Assembly: GCA_008273105.1 (NCBI GenBank) | Contig: GCA_008273105.1_4080.1 | Direction: 5' to 3' (one strand) | From: a phage | Length of the DNA stretch: 64,000 nt | Shown here: positions 1 through 9,691 of the stretch, one piece after another | Numbering within the stretch: position 1 is the stretch's first letter | How the letters are laid out: each line of letters starts with the position of its first letter | Program-made: the position numbers and the translations under genes | Notes under the pieces: generated by a model | Database searches by the model: none | Told to the model about the DNA's origin: nothing | Seen by the model: only the letters and a program-made list of their open reading frames with translations

Positions 1-251
1 ATTAATCTTCAAATCAGACCCAGGGCAATATGAAATGTATTCTGCTTTGTAATGAAAGTCATTATCATCAAAGTACTCCGCGTAGATTTGATTACCTCTA
101 CCATTAGTAAATGCTAGTCTTCCTTTAGATGAACTGAACTCATCGTATTGAAACATACCACCAAAAGGTTTAGGACTTCTGAACTCCTTTGCAATGCGAT
201 AGATATTTTCTGCAAATTCTAAAACACCATCGTAATCATATTCTATAGTAA
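1..251 (-). CDS. hypothetical protein, 3' end beyond window
   Basis: Minus-strand frame open from ATG at 251 to window edge (MITIEYDYDGVLEF...); abuts stop of next gene. Confidence 0.4.
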
Positions 252-728
252 TCATAAACCATTTTTCTCCAGGTACTCAATAATACAATCGACATTGTTC
301 AGGTCCAAGTAGAAATGATCACTATCGGAATTTAGTTCATTTTTAAGGGCTGTTAAAATCACTGAACTGAAAACAATCCTCTCTGGATACACAGTACTGT
401 ACTGGAAGAACTCTTCTTCAGTGTTAATTACAATCGTATCAAATGCTTCATTTATAAGAAGATGATTGTAGTATTTGAAATTATCTGAACTTGGGAAATG
501 GTATGAAATAAAATCACCACTTGGTACTTCATCAAGCACTCTAATACTACAAGTTGATTCATCTGAGCTATAGAGTAACCCATCCATAAAGGAAAGATAT
601 CCATTTCGTTTAATAACTTTATTTTTATCAATTAAAAAATCTTCAGTAACATTCGCAAGGAATTTATAAACCCTGATAATGTCTTTTGCTATTTTTTGTG
701 CATTGCTAAATGATAGGTCTTTGGACAT
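252..728 (-). CDS. family-A small protein (F-Q core motif)
   Basis: ORF 158 aa; core motif TEEEFFQYSTVY then FYLD, shared with array paralogs. Confidence 0.6.
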   Translation of the reverse strand: MSKDLSFSNAQKIAKDIIRVYKFLANVTEDFLIDKNKVIKRNGYLSFMDGLLYSSDESTCSIRVLDEVPSGDFISYHFPSSDNFKYYNHLLINEAFDTIVINTEEEFFQYSTVYPERIVFSSVILTALKNELNSDSDHFYLDLNNVDCIIEYLEKNGL

Positions 729-787
729 TGTGTTATAACCCTTTACAATTAATATAAAGGGATTATATCACAAAAAATCGGTGGGTG

Positions 788-1372
788 TCAAGAGTGGTTG
801 CGAAGTTCTACCATTTCTTCCCAAACTAATTGGTAATCTTCTAAGTCCAGATAGAAGTCTTCATTCCAGTGCACATGAAAGTACTTATACATGAATAGAA
901 CTCCTAAATCGTATGCAGGAAACAATAATGATAGTTGAAAGTAGTATTCCTGATTTAAAACTATATCAATAAACTCTAATGTACGTATGCCACCTTTCGA
1001 TGAACGTATCTCAATGTGTGAGGTATCCTTCATACTGTAACACATGAAACCACCTCTAAATTCTGGATCATATTCACATTCGAACTGCTCACTGTTGTTA
1101 TAGAAATCTCTCCCACTTTCTTGATCTTTCGGTCTACGTACTGATACATGAATATTTTTATCACGGTACATTGAACGATTTAGTATTTTCAAACATTTGA
1201 ACTTATCTTCTTTAATGAACTTGATAATATCAATTATATCTTGTGCTGTACTGATAGCTGATTCGAATGTATCCAACTTAAGATGATTATATTGGGTTCC
1301 AGAGTTCATTTTTTTATCTAACATATAAACCTCATAATTCATACATTTTTGATTTGAACTGCATATGACCAC
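788..1372 (-). CDS. family-A small protein (divergent)
   Basis: ORF 194 aa; motif QEYYFQLSLLF ... FYLDLEDY; true start may be internal (about 1324). Confidence 0.5.
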   Translation of the reverse strand: MVICSSNQKCMNYEVYMLDKKMNSGTQYNHLKLDTFESAISTAQDIIDIIKFIKEDKFKCLKILNRSMYRDKNIHVSVRRPKDQESGRDFYNNSEQFECEYDPEFRGGFMCYSMKDTSHIEIRSSKGGIRTLEFIDIVLNQEYYFQLSLLFPAYDLGVLFMYKYFHVHWNEDFYLDLEDYQLVWEEMVELRNHS

Positions 1373-1667
1373 CTATTTCACATGGATAACAATTCATAAT
1401 TTTGTTCAATAGAATCTGGTATTTTTTAATAACTTCTATATCAATTTTTATATTACTATTAAAAACTAATGATTCTTGAAATAATTCCCCCTCGTCAAGT
1501 GAAGTAAAATCATTTATCTTCAAGGGTATATTGTTGCATCGCAAGGAGAATGTATTTTCATCACGAATTAAAGTATAGAAATCATTATGTTTTTTATTAT
1601 AATCAAATTTAACAAGTAGTAGTTTAATATGAGTAGCGTACATTACTTTAACTAATTCAGTCTTCAT
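1332..1667 (-). CDS. family-A small protein
   Basis: ORF 111 aa; motif DEGELFQESLVFN. Confidence 0.55.
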   Translation of the reverse strand: MKTELVKVMYATHIKLLLVKFDYNKKHNDFYTLIRDENTFSLRCNNIPLKINDFTSLDEGELFQESLVFNSNIKIDIEVIKKYQILLNKIMNCYPCEIGGHMQFKSKMYEL

Positions 1668-2019
1668 AACGGAATAAAATTCTCCTGTACTGCTCCGGTC
1701 CAGTACTCAATCTCTTCACTGGATAATTATCAAAGATTCTTTTCATTTCTTTCTGGATTAAACATAAGAAATCAAAGTTACAATCGTACTTATTATCCCA
1801 TACTAAACTTTCTTGGAATAACTCATCCTCTTGCATTAGTGTAGTGTCAATTACATCTTCACGAACATAGCTATATACTTCATAGCTCTTGAAGCCATCT
1901 TCTGATAATTCTAATTCATATGCAGCCATATCAAACATATCATCATGGTTTGTCTTCAATGATATTAAACAAGTAACTAATTTTTTAGTTGTATAGTATG
2001 TAATACTTAATGTGTTCAT
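1657..2019 (-). CDS. family-A small protein
   Basis: ORF 120 aa; motif QEDELFQESLVWD. Confidence 0.55.
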   Translation of the reverse strand: MNTLSITYYTTKKLVTCLISLKTNHDDMFDMAAYELELSEDGFKSYEVYSYVREDVIDTTLMQEDELFQESLVWDNKYDCNFDFLCLIQKEMKRIFDNYPVKRLSTGPEQYRRILFRYED

Positions 2020-2024
2020 TTGTT

Positions 2025-2627
2025 TTATACCTCAGTATAAAGCTTACAATAGCTTTCATCAAAATCACAAACACTTCTCAAGTACTGACACAGGTCATTG
2101 AAAATATTTACATTTGATATATATACATTATCAAATTCTGTTCGTTGAAAGAATGTATGCATAGAATTTGTAATATATCGCATTGCATCTTCACGTCCCA
2201 TAGTTATATCATTTGTGAACATTGCATCTTCATCAGTACTGATGTGTTCTATTTTAAATGATTTCATAAATGGAATACTCTTTCCTAGGGCATAACCATC
2301 ACCATATGATGCTTCTACTGCACCTTTAGAATAAAGGAATTGATATAAGTCCGAATCACGATTATAAAAAGTACGACATACGGAGGAACATAATTTATTA
2401 TCTATATGAAATAAAAATCTTTTAGCATTTTTGTCTAATACTATTCGCAATGCATCACTCTCTAGAAATATATCACCATCAAGCATAAATGAGAACTGTA
2501 CTAATGCTTTTTCTAAATCCGCTCGTTTGTGATAAATCATTTCCTGCATATATATAATATCATTTGCTAATTTCTTAAAAAACAAATGCACATCTGCACT
2601 ACAACATTTATTTGCATTTATTGACAT
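2025..2627 (-). CDS. hypothetical protein
   Basis: ORF 200 aa, co-oriented and abutting neighbours; no clear family motif. Confidence 0.5.
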   Translation of the reverse strand: MSINANKCCSADVHLFFKKLANDIIYMQEMIYHKRADLEKALVQFSFMLDGDIFLESDALRIVLDKNAKRFLFHIDNKLCSSVCRTFYNRDSDLYQFLYSKGAVEASYGDGYALGKSIPFMKSFKIEHISTDEDAMFTNDITMGREDAMRYITNSMHTFFQRTEFDNVYISNVNIFNDLCQYLRSVCDFDESYCKLYTEV

Positions 2628-3178
2628 AATAGTTCCTTATACATATGATGTACTTTACAAATCTCATTATAGTATTTCATATCAATGTCATTTGTATTAA
2701 AAACGGAAACAGACAATACTGCTAACTTATCAATTAAGTAATTATTATCGGCGTACTCTTTTAACTTATTGAACATATAGATGCATTTTATACTTAATTC
2801 ATCATGCAACACACTGTTCTGAAAAATATTCTCTTCAGTATTAGGAGATAAGTAATCTTCAATTATATACGATAAACTACTATCGCAATCTTTATAGATT
2901 GAAATTGATGGATGTAATGTGTCATACATTACACTAAACAGATCACCGTCATATGTGGATATTAAACTATTATTGGAAACAGTAGGATGATAATATTTCA
3001 GTACTGAAAACTTTGAACAATCAGTGCAGTAAAAATGATCCATCCCTCGACGACTTTCGTATGAGAATAGTTTACTTGTATATTCAATCCCTTTGGTGCG
3101 ACGGATTGTTTCATGCATTTCTGCACATTGCATTAAAATTACCATACGTTCAAACGCAATATCTAAATCATCGTACAT
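2618..3178 (-). CDS. family-A small protein
   Basis: ORF 186 aa; motif TEENIFQNSVLHD. Confidence 0.55.
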   Translation of the reverse strand: MYDDLDIAFERMVILMQCAEMHETIRRTKGIEYTSKLFSYESRRGMDHFYCTDCSKFSVLKYYHPTVSNNSLISTYDGDLFSVMYDTLHPSISIYKDCDSSLSYIIEDYLSPNTEENIFQNSVLHDELSIKCIYMFNKLKEYADNNYLIDKLAVLSVSVFNTNDIDMKYYNEICKVHHMYKELLCQ

Positions 3179-3359
3179 AACGGATATCCTTCTTCAGCGA
3201 ATTAATATATTCCAAAATAACTTGTTCCTGATATTGGGTTCCCAAGTACATCAGGACTTTCAACTCTTTGAATTCAGTACTATATGAGTCTGTTTGCATC
3301 ATTCTAGTAGAATATATATTGAATAGTTTAGCAATGTCATTTTGGTCTATTATTTTCAT
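3168..3359 (-). CDS. family-B small protein (LGTxxQ core)
   Basis: ORF 63 aa; motif YLGTQYQEQVI; outlying member of the 16-24 kb array family. Confidence 0.5.
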   Translation of the reverse strand: MKIIDQNDIAKLFNIYSTRMMQTDSYSTEFKELKVLMYLGTQYQEQVILEYINSLKKDIRYVR

Positions 3360-3558
3360 ATATTCTCTTCTGGATTAGTTCCTGTAAGTGCTGAATATAA
3401 CCCTTCATTGCAACATCCTGTTTGTTAGAGCCAACGAAGAACAAGAGCTTAAAGTCATGGTAATCCATTTTTGGTTTAGTAGTGAACCATATGTCCCACA
3501 CTGCACTCACAGTTCTCATGTATTCAATTCGATTAAATGTTTTTGAATACTTCATCAA
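3337..3558 (-). CDS. family-B-like small protein
   Basis: ORF 73 aa; degenerate motif FVGSNKQDVAM. Confidence 0.45.
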   Translation of the reverse strand: MMKYSKTFNRIEYMRTVSAVWDIWFTTKPKMDYHDFKLLFFVGSNKQDVAMKGYIQHLQELIQKRIYENNRPK

Positions 3559-4069
3559 TGTTAATCGCCAATAAGTTAATATACAAATTACTGTTAAATG
3601 CTATCTGCAATTCCATATAGAACTGAATGATAGCATAGTCAGGGTCAGTACACGATAGTTGAAAACACTGTTCGTCAAATGCATTGTAATTGTACTTAGG
3701 GATGTGAATTTCACGCTTCAAATCAGGTTGACCCCACTTCATCGCATACACACCAATGTTATTGTTCTTTTTCCTTTTCTTAAATGTTAATTGTTGAATA
3801 TTTCCAGCGTTGTCTAGGAAAATAGTATTATTCGACACAGGTGCACCAATAGAAAACAATGATGTATCAATTACGTGTGTCTCACGCACCTCACACTTCT
3901 GGAATGCCCCAGTACCCTGTAATACATAATGAAAATTGTACTTCTCATTAACAACAGTACTAGGATCGATTAAACCAGTACTGCATTTTTTGAGTACTGG
4001 TACAATGGTGCGAATCTTTTTTGATAAATCTTGTAATGCATCAAAGTCATTGATGTTAACTTTCATCAC
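3533..4069 (-). CDS. hypothetical protein (weak family-A signal)
   Basis: ORF 178 aa; GTGAFQKCEV weak match to F-Q core. Confidence 0.5.
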   Translation of the reverse strand: MMKVNINDFDALQDLSKKIRTIVPVLKKCSTGLIDPSTVVNEKYNFHYVLQGTGAFQKCEVRETHVIDTSLFSIGAPVSNNTIFLDNAGNIQQLTFKKRKKNNNIGVYAMKWGQPDLKREIHIPKYNYNAFDEQCFQLSCTDPDYAIIQFYMELQIAFNSNLYINLLAINIDEVFKNI

Positions 4070-4515
4070 TCGAATGTAGCCTCTTCAGTAGTAACAAAAT
4101 TGGTTAGTGTATCCAGTTCAGCAGTGTCAAGATAAAATACATCTAGTACAGATTTCTGATATATTACACTGAATGTGCATAGATTGTCAAGTGTCCCTTG
4201 TTCATAAACAGTACTACCCTGGAAGTACCCTTCTTCAGTACTCAGGGATAAAATATCTGAAATTTTAAAAGATTCTTCAGTTGCATGTCTTTCTATATTA
4301 ACTATATTGCCGTTTCGGTTCAATGAAATATAATCGTATGCTAACTCAATTAGACTATAATTATCCGCATTAGTGTCAAATAAAGCGACAATTTTTCGTC
4401 TCAATCTCTCATCGTGATCATGGTTTTCATCAGCTAAGTATTCAGGATTTTCTTTGAAGAATTTAACGACGCGTAGAATATCATTTGCTTTCTTGATTGC
4501 ACTTTCGTAACTCAT
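4066..4515 (-). CDS. family-A small protein
   Basis: ORF 149 aa; motif STEEGYFQGSTVY ... FYLD; ATGA overlap with neighbour. Confidence 0.55.
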   Translation of the reverse strand: MSYESAIKKANDILRVVKFFKENPEYLADENHDHDERLRRKIVALFDTNADNYSLIELAYDYISLNRNGNIVNIERHATEESFKISDILSLSTEEGYFQGSTVYEQGTLDNLCTFSVIYQKSVLDVFYLDTAELDTLTNFVTTEEATFE

Positions 4516-4820
4516 AATAATTCAACCACTCCATCTCTAAAGTACATATAACTACCACCATTGGATACTGTGAATTCTATTGTCCCCAATAATATATTAT
4601 ATTTTTTTATTTCACATGTAGTACTTGTAGTGTAAGGCTCACCATCTCCTAAGTACATTGACATATGACATAGAACTTTTCTACCAGCATATTTCTCTTC
4701 AAACGATTGTTCAAAACTATGCATAATTTGATTTAAAGCTGAAATGTAATTAATAAAGTCAGGTATTTCTGTCAATGAATTATAAACCGTACAAAGTGAA
4801 TCAAATTCATTTTTAGTCAT
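4512..4820 (-). CDS. hypothetical protein
   Basis: ORF 102 aa in operon context; no family motif. Confidence 0.45.
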   Translation of the reverse strand: MTKNEFDSLCTVYNSLTEIPDFINYISALNQIMHSFEQSFEEKYAGRKVLCHMSMYLGDGEPYTTSTTCEIKKYNILLGTIEFTVSNGGSYMYFRDGVVELL

Positions 4821-5134
4821 TATATTTCTATCTCAATGTAATCCTGTGTGATTAAATAATCCCAATGATACTTCACCTGCTTTTGTAATTCAATTAACGT
4901 AAAGAAGTTGATCGATTTATCCCATACGAGAGATTCCTGGAAAATAAATGATTCATGTTCATCGTAATAATCACACTCTAAAAAATCAGGTATATATTCA
5001 CTATCGTGAATGTATTCAACAAACGAACTAGCTTGGCATTTCTTTACTACTAGTAATAATGAATTATCATGATCAAACAGATACAATAAACTAATTTCAC
5101 CAGGGACGTACTGAACACTGAATAAGTTTTTCAT
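4820..5134 (-). CDS. family-A small protein
   Basis: ORF 104 aa; motif ESFIFQESLVWD. Confidence 0.55.
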   Translation of the reverse strand: MKNLFSVQYVPGEISLLYLFDHDNSLLLVVKKCQASSFVEYIHDSEYIPDFLECDYYDEHESFIFQESLVWDKSINFFTLIELQKQVKYHWDYLITQDYIEIEI

Positions 5135-5583
5135 TCTATACCTTCTGGATCTTTACGAAGTTCTTCGAAATCCAAATAAAATCGAGGACAGTTAACACTC
5201 TTTAAGTACCACATAATAACTAATGCTTCAAGTACTTCATCATCGTAAACAGTACTGTTTTGGAAGTAATACTCTTCACTATCCCACGGACCTTCCAGTA
5301 CTTCATAATTCAAAATTAATGGTTTTTTGCGATTAATAAAACGAATGCTACCATTTTCAACATAACTAATAAATTCTGCATCTCTATTGTATTCAGAAAA
5401 CGATATAGGACTATTGGAATTCAACCCAAGAATAACCCTTACACCAACGGAGTTATTATACATTTCATCCTTGTAGTAGTTGCCGTTCTCGGCTTTGTAC
5501 ACTTCTTTGAACTTTCCTGCCTTTATATCGTCAAAGTATCCATGTAGTTCTTTTGCTTTTTCAAGAGCACTTTGTAATGACAT
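5131..5583 (-). CDS. family-A1 protein (MSLQSAL... GPWDSEEYYFQ subfamily)
   Basis: ORF 150 aa; N-term MSLQSALEKAK, core GPWDSEEYYFQNSTVY, MWYLKS, FYLDF. Confidence 0.65.
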   Translation of the reverse strand: MSLQSALEKAKELHGYFDDIKAGKFKEVYKAENGNYYKDEMYNNSVGVRVILGLNSNSPISFSEYNRDAEFISYVENGSIRFINRKKPLILNYEVLEGPWDSEEYYFQNSTVYDDEVLEALVIMWYLKSVNCPRFYLDFEELRKDPEGIE

Positions 5584-6049
5584 TACCTTCTCCTACAGTA
5601 TTCTCTACATATTCATAATCAAAATAGAAACTACTGGAGTCAATACTTTTGAAATACCACATAATTACAATAACATCTAATTCTTCTTCATTGTACAACG
5701 TACTATTCTGGAAGTAATATTCTTCACTATCCCACGGTCCTTCCAGTACTGAATAAGGAATGATAGTGTCATCAGCATCACTATCTGTGTTGTAGATGGT
5801 AATATCTTCATTACGGCAATAACTAATGTACTGATTGTACATATGATATTCACAGTTATCACTGTCACCAGTATCAGTGTGCAGTACTAATGTTTCTGCA
5901 CATATCTCGGACTCGTCATAATCGTCACGGTCTTTTACAAAAAATTCAGTATCAGATGTTTTATATACACCTGGTACTGAACCTTCCTGTACCATAATCA
6001 TGTACTCATGAATCTTCTTTGCTTCTTTCAATGCACTTTGTAATGACAT
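5561..6049 (-). CDS. family-A1 protein
   Basis: ORF 162 aa; MSLQSALKEAK ... GPWDSEEYYFQNSTLY ... MWYFKS. Confidence 0.65.
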   Translation of the reverse strand: MSLQSALKEAKKIHEYMIMVQEGSVPGVYKTSDTEFFVKDRDDYDESEICAETLVLHTDTGDSDNCEYHMYNQYISYCRNEDITIYNTDSDADDTIIPYSVLEGPWDSEEYYFQNSTLYNEEELDVIVIMWYFKSIDSSSFYFDYEYVENTVGEGNVITKCS

Positions 6050-6492
6050 TACAAATCCCCTGTACTTAAATATTCACATGCTCCCCAGTCAAGAAAGAAT
6101 GGTTCAAAATTCAATTCCTTAAAGTACCACAACACAACCAAGGAATCAAGAATTTCTTGGTTAAAAATGAGACTCTGTTGGAAGTAATACTCTTCAGAAC
6201 CCCACGGGCCATCAAGTACCCCGAAGTCAACAGGTGTATTTGTTGTGTCAAAAGTAATCTTAGTACCTGGAATATATACAAAAAAATTAGTATATTGACT
6301 ACATGAAGAGTACTGTATAGTATTGTCTTTATCCTGTCCCATAAGTAAAATATCATCAGAGTATGTCTTTATACCTGATAGATAATACTCATTACCAAAT
6401 GCACTTACTTTATCACCATAGAAACCACTTTTTATGTTATCGTGGAAGTGATGTATTCTGTGTGCTAGTTCAAGTGCACTTGCTAAACTCAT
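6049..6492 (-). CDS. family-A1 protein
   Basis: ORF 147 aa; MSLASALELAH ... GPWGSEEYYFQQSLIF ... LWYFKE. Confidence 0.65.
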   Translation of the reverse strand: MSLASALELAHRIHHFHDNIKSGFYGDKVSAFGNEYYLSGIKTYSDDILLMGQDKDNTIQYSSCSQYTNFFVYIPGTKITFDTTNTPVDFGVLDGPWGSEEYYFQQSLIFNQEILDSLVVLWYFKELNFEPFFLDWGACEYLSTGDL

Positions 6493-6959
6493 ATATCCTC
6501 TTTAATAACTCGTAGTAGATCCAAGTCCAAATAGAAGCTAGGACAATCTGTATTATTAAAGTACCACAGAATGACAAGCTTGTCAAGTACATCTTCCTCG
6601 TAGATAGTATTCTGCTGGAAGTAGTACTCTTCACTTCCCCAGTCATTATCCAGTACTGAATACGGAAGATGTTTCTCTGCTGCACCAGATATAATGTCAG
6701 AATCTTGTATTAAAATATCAGCATCACGACAGAAGTACATGTAATTATCTTCCAAATTAACATCACACCCATTGAGTGTTGTTTCAGAAGAATCTAAGTT
6801 TTCTTCATACATGTGAATGTACTCACTACTGTCATCGTATCTCATTCGACAATATGATTTACCTTCCTTGAATAGATATCCATTAAGACAATTTGCTACA
6901 ATTTCTTTGCTGCATAAATCAATTAACTTCGCAATCTCTAATGCTCTTTCTAAACTCAT
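6489..6959 (-). CDS. family-A1 protein
   Basis: ORF 156 aa; MSLERALEIAK ... DWGSEEYYFQQNTIY ... LWYFNN. Confidence 0.65.
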   Translation of the reverse strand: MSLERALEIAKLIDLCSKEIVANCLNGYLFKEGKSYCRMRYDDSSEYIHMYEENLDSSETTLNGCDVNLEDNYMYFCRDADILIQDSDIISGAAEKHLPYSVLDNDWGSEEYYFQQNTIYEEDVLDKLVILWYFNNTDCPSFYLDLDLLRVIKEDI

Positions 6960-6960
6960 T

Positions 6961-7452
6961 TCAACCCCTGTTAATACCGTTATCTACAGTTTTCTTTACG
7001 TATTTGTAATCGAAATAGAAGTTCCCAGAACCAATACTTTTAAAGTACCACATAATTATAATAACATCAAGTACTTCATTATCATATACAGTACTTTGTT
7101 GGAAGTAATACTCTTCACTATCCCACGGACCTTCCAGTACTTCACTCGGAATTATAATGTCATTGGAATCGCTGTCAGTACTGTTGATGGTATCTGTATC
7201 ATTAATATAGACCATGTACTCATTATGCATATTAATGAAGCATTCATAATCATTAGGGTCGGTATCTAGTATGCACGTTTCTGTATCCAGTACGCACGTT
7301 TCTGTATCTGAGCAGTCATTATAAAGGAGGTTATCCGGTACATAATATTGAGTACTTGTGTCTTTGAAAACACCGTAAACTGAACCTTCTTTTGCCATAT
7401 TCATGTACTCATGAATCTTCTTTGCTTTTTCCAATGAACTCTGTAATGTCAT
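6961..7452 (-). CDS. family-A1 protein
   Basis: ORF 163 aa; MTLQSSLEKAK ... GPWDSEEYYFQQSTVY ... MWYFKS. Confidence 0.65.
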   Translation of the reverse strand: MTLQSSLEKAKKIHEYMNMAKEGSVYGVFKDTSTQYYVPDNLLYNDCSDTETCVLDTETCILDTDPNDYECFINMHNEYMVYINDTDTINSTDSDSNDIIIPSEVLEGPWDSEEYYFQQSTVYDNEVLDVIIIMWYFKSIGSGNFYFDYKYVKKTVDNGINRG

Positions 7453-7461
7453 TTTATAATC

Positions 7462-7821
7462 TCATATATTGAAATAATAATTATTCGTTCTTGATGGGGA
7501 TGGATTAAATACGTTTTCTTTTTCAAATCTCTTCATTTCATTTTGCAAAGAAACCATTTCTTCAAATGTACAGGAGTACTTATTCTTATCAAACACTAAT
7601 GCAGCCTGAAATAGTTCACCATCGTCCAGTACTGTATAATCTATAAGACTCTCAGATTCATAGTCATAGTCGTCATGTGATACATGAATAAATTTAAAAC
7701 AAGAATCTTTGTAATGCATATATAAACTCAACTCATGTTCCGAGTCGCCCTTAATAAGATTACAGCACAAGTCCCATCCTTTAGGTAACTTATAATAGTA
7801 CATAGAATAATCATATGTCAT
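7462..7821 (-). CDS. family-A small protein
   Basis: ORF 119 aa; motif DDGELFQAALVFD. Confidence 0.55.
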   Translation of the reverse strand: MTYDYSMYYYKLPKGWDLCCNLIKGDSEHELSLYMHYKDSCFKFIHVSHDDYDYESESLIDYTVLDDGELFQAALVFDKNKYSCTFEEMVSLQNEMKRFEKENVFNPSPSRTNNYYFNI

Positions 7822-8174
7822 TCTTGAATTCCTAAATTGAATTTGTATTCTTGATTAATACTTGCATTGGGTTTATGCAAAGCAGCATACTCTTTCATTT
7901 CATTTTGTATTGCAATAACTTCTTCAAATGTACACAAGTACTTCTTATCAAATACTAATGATTCTTGGAATAGTTCTGCGGTATCCATTAATGTATAGTC
8001 CGGCATATCTTGGTGTGGATACTGTAATGAACTGTAATCAATGAATGTAAATTTACCCTGAGTGTAATGAATATACTCATTTGCACTGTGCATTAAATCA
8101 CCTTTGTTTAAATTACAAAAGTACTGATAACTGTGCTTGAAAGTATGTACTGATATTAAAAAATCAAATTCCAT
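7818..8174 (-). CDS. family-A small protein
   Basis: ORF 118 aa; motif DTAELFQESLVFD; its N-terminal 79 bp is duplicated at 8625-8703. Confidence 0.55.
   Translation of the reverse strand: MEFDFLISVHTFKHSYQYFCNLNKGDLMHSANEYIHYTQGKFTFIDYSSLQYPHQDMPDYTLMDTAELFQESLVFDKKYLCTFEEVIAIQNEMKEYAALHKPNASINQEYKFNLGIQE
8096..8174. repeat. 79-bp direct repeat, copy 1 (5' end of gene 7818..8174)
   Basis: aatcacctttgtttaaattacaaaagtactgataactgtgctt...ccat, near-identical (2 mismatches) to 8625-8703. Confidence 0.8.
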
Positions 8175-8545
8175 CAGTACTCAACCTCTACATAAATAGA
8201 TTCAGGAAACTTAGTCATATAATCTTCTGGATAGTTCTGCATTACTTTGATCATTTCTGCCTGTGTAGCACGGACGTATTCAATTGGTGCTCCTGGTAAA
8301 TTCCAGACAGTACTTTCCTGAAAGAATTCCTCTTCTGACAGTACTGTCAGATTTACAAAATCATTACGGTAATTTTTTGAATCATCATATGTGAAGATTT
8401 TAAAAGACCCATTTTCATATAGTACAAGAACAAAATGGGAGAATTTTTGTAATGCACCACCAAGGCTTTCCACGACCGCATGATTCAGTGTACAGATGAC
8501 CTCTTTTTTCCTCATACCGAATTGAATTCTAATTTCTTTTTTCAT
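8174..8545 (-). CDS. family-A small protein
   Basis: ORF 123 aa; motif SEEEFFQESTVWN. Confidence 0.55.
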   Translation of the reverse strand: MKKEIRIQFGMRKKEVICTLNHAVVESLGGALQKFSHFVLVLYENGSFKIFTYDDSKNYRNDFVNLTVLSEEEFFQESTVWNLPGAPIEYVRATQAEMIKVMQNYPEDYMTKFPESIYVEVEY

Positions 8546-8703
8546 AAAATCTCCTTCAGATTAGTACTGAATTTGTACAGAATATTAGAACTGTATACAG
8601 CCTCTGTATCTGTATCCATAATCAAATCACCTTTGTTTAAATTACAAAAGTACTGATAACTGTGCTTAAAAGAATGTACTGATATTAAAAAATCAAATTC
8701 CAT
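8542..8703 (-). CDS. chimeric ORF / gene fragment from partial duplication
   Basis: 53-codon frame; first 27 aa duplicate N-terminus of 7818..8174 then diverge; ATGA overlaps at both ends. Confidence 0.3.
   Translation of the reverse strand: MEFDFLISVHSFKHSYQYFCNLNKGDLIMDTDTEAVYSSNILYKFSTNLKEIL
8625..8703. repeat. 79-bp direct repeat, copy 2
   Basis: Near-identical to 8096-8174. Confidence 0.8.
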
Positions 8704-9080
8704 CACTCTTCCCCTAGATTGAAATGATTACAAAAATCATCTTCACCAGTACTGCACCAGATGTCTATACATTCTCTGTGAATACATTTAATTCTACGCT
8801 GTAATTCAATCATCTCTTCTAATGTACAGATGTACTTCTTATCAAATACTAATGCCGCCTGAAACAGTGCAGCATCATCAAGTACTGTATAGTCCAACAT
8901 CTCGGTTGCTTTACCCCTAAACCCAGTACTAAAATCCATCAAATAAAAGTCAGCATTCCAGTACTTTAAAATCTTGTCCCTAGCGTAGTTTAAATCACCC
9001 TTGTATAAGTTAGAGTGCGTAACTAACTCACCAGTGTACATCCATGTCCTTGCACAAAATTCATTATATTTTATTTCCAT
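8703..9080 (-). CDS. family-A small protein
   Basis: Motif DDAALFQAALVFD; start set at MEIKYNEF (9080) because upstream 47 aa of the six-frame ORF look like translated non-coding sequence. Confidence 0.5.
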   Translation of the reverse strand: MEIKYNEFCARTWMYTGELVTHSNLYKGDLNYARDKILKYWNADFYLMDFSTGFRGKATEMLDYTVLDDAALFQAALVFDKKYICTLEEMIELQRRIKCIHRECIDIWCSTGEDDFCNHFNLGEE

Positions 9081-9276
9081 CTTAATCTCTACTATAATTA
9101 ATAAGGTAAACTCCAATATAAGGAGAACGTTCGGCGGCGGGGTATTTTTTGTTTCAAGAAACATGAACTGTACTCTGAAAAACACAATATAAAACTTTAT
9201 ATTAAACATATACCTTAGCATGTTTTTCAGCGGAAATTTTTTTGACCCCCCTGCGGCCTGTCAAAATGAAACGTCT

Positions 9277-9501
9277 CTATTTATTCAGCCTAGAAACCTT
9301 GATTTCTTCAATCCTTTTCATTGCACAAAGCCTTCGACTCGTCCTCTCGTATATATTCAATACTCGCTGTAATGCATTATCTGTATTATCTGCAACTGCA
9401 ATCTGAACCAAATATGTATCCTTCAAAATAGAATCCATCATGAATTCAAAACCTTTCACACTAAAGCAATATGCCACTTCCGGCTCTTCAAACGTAATCA
9501 T
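9277..9501 (-). CDS. hypothetical protein
   Basis: ORF 74 aa, co-oriented. Confidence 0.45.
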   Translation of the reverse strand: MITFEEPEVAYCFSVKGFEFMMDSILKDTYLVQIAVADNTDNALQRVLNIYERTSRRLCAMKRIEEIKVSRLNK

Positions 9502-9691
9502 AATTCCAATCCCCTATTCCCTCTAACCTTCTAAGATATCTTGCGTAAATTATTTCGAAATATCTGTGCAACGAAATTACGGATTGCTCATAATCATCAT
9601 TCCTGTACATTGTGCATGTCAGAAAATCATTTAACCCAAAATCTAAACTGCACTTGAACTTCTCCTTAGCAACATCTCTAAAATTATTCAT
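9488..9691 (-). CDS. hypothetical protein
   Basis: ORF 67 aa, overlaps neighbour stop. Confidence 0.45.
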   Translation of the reverse strand: MNNFRDVAKEKFKCSLDFGLNDFLTCTMYRNDDYEQSVISLHRYFEIIYARYLRRLEGIGDWNYDYV

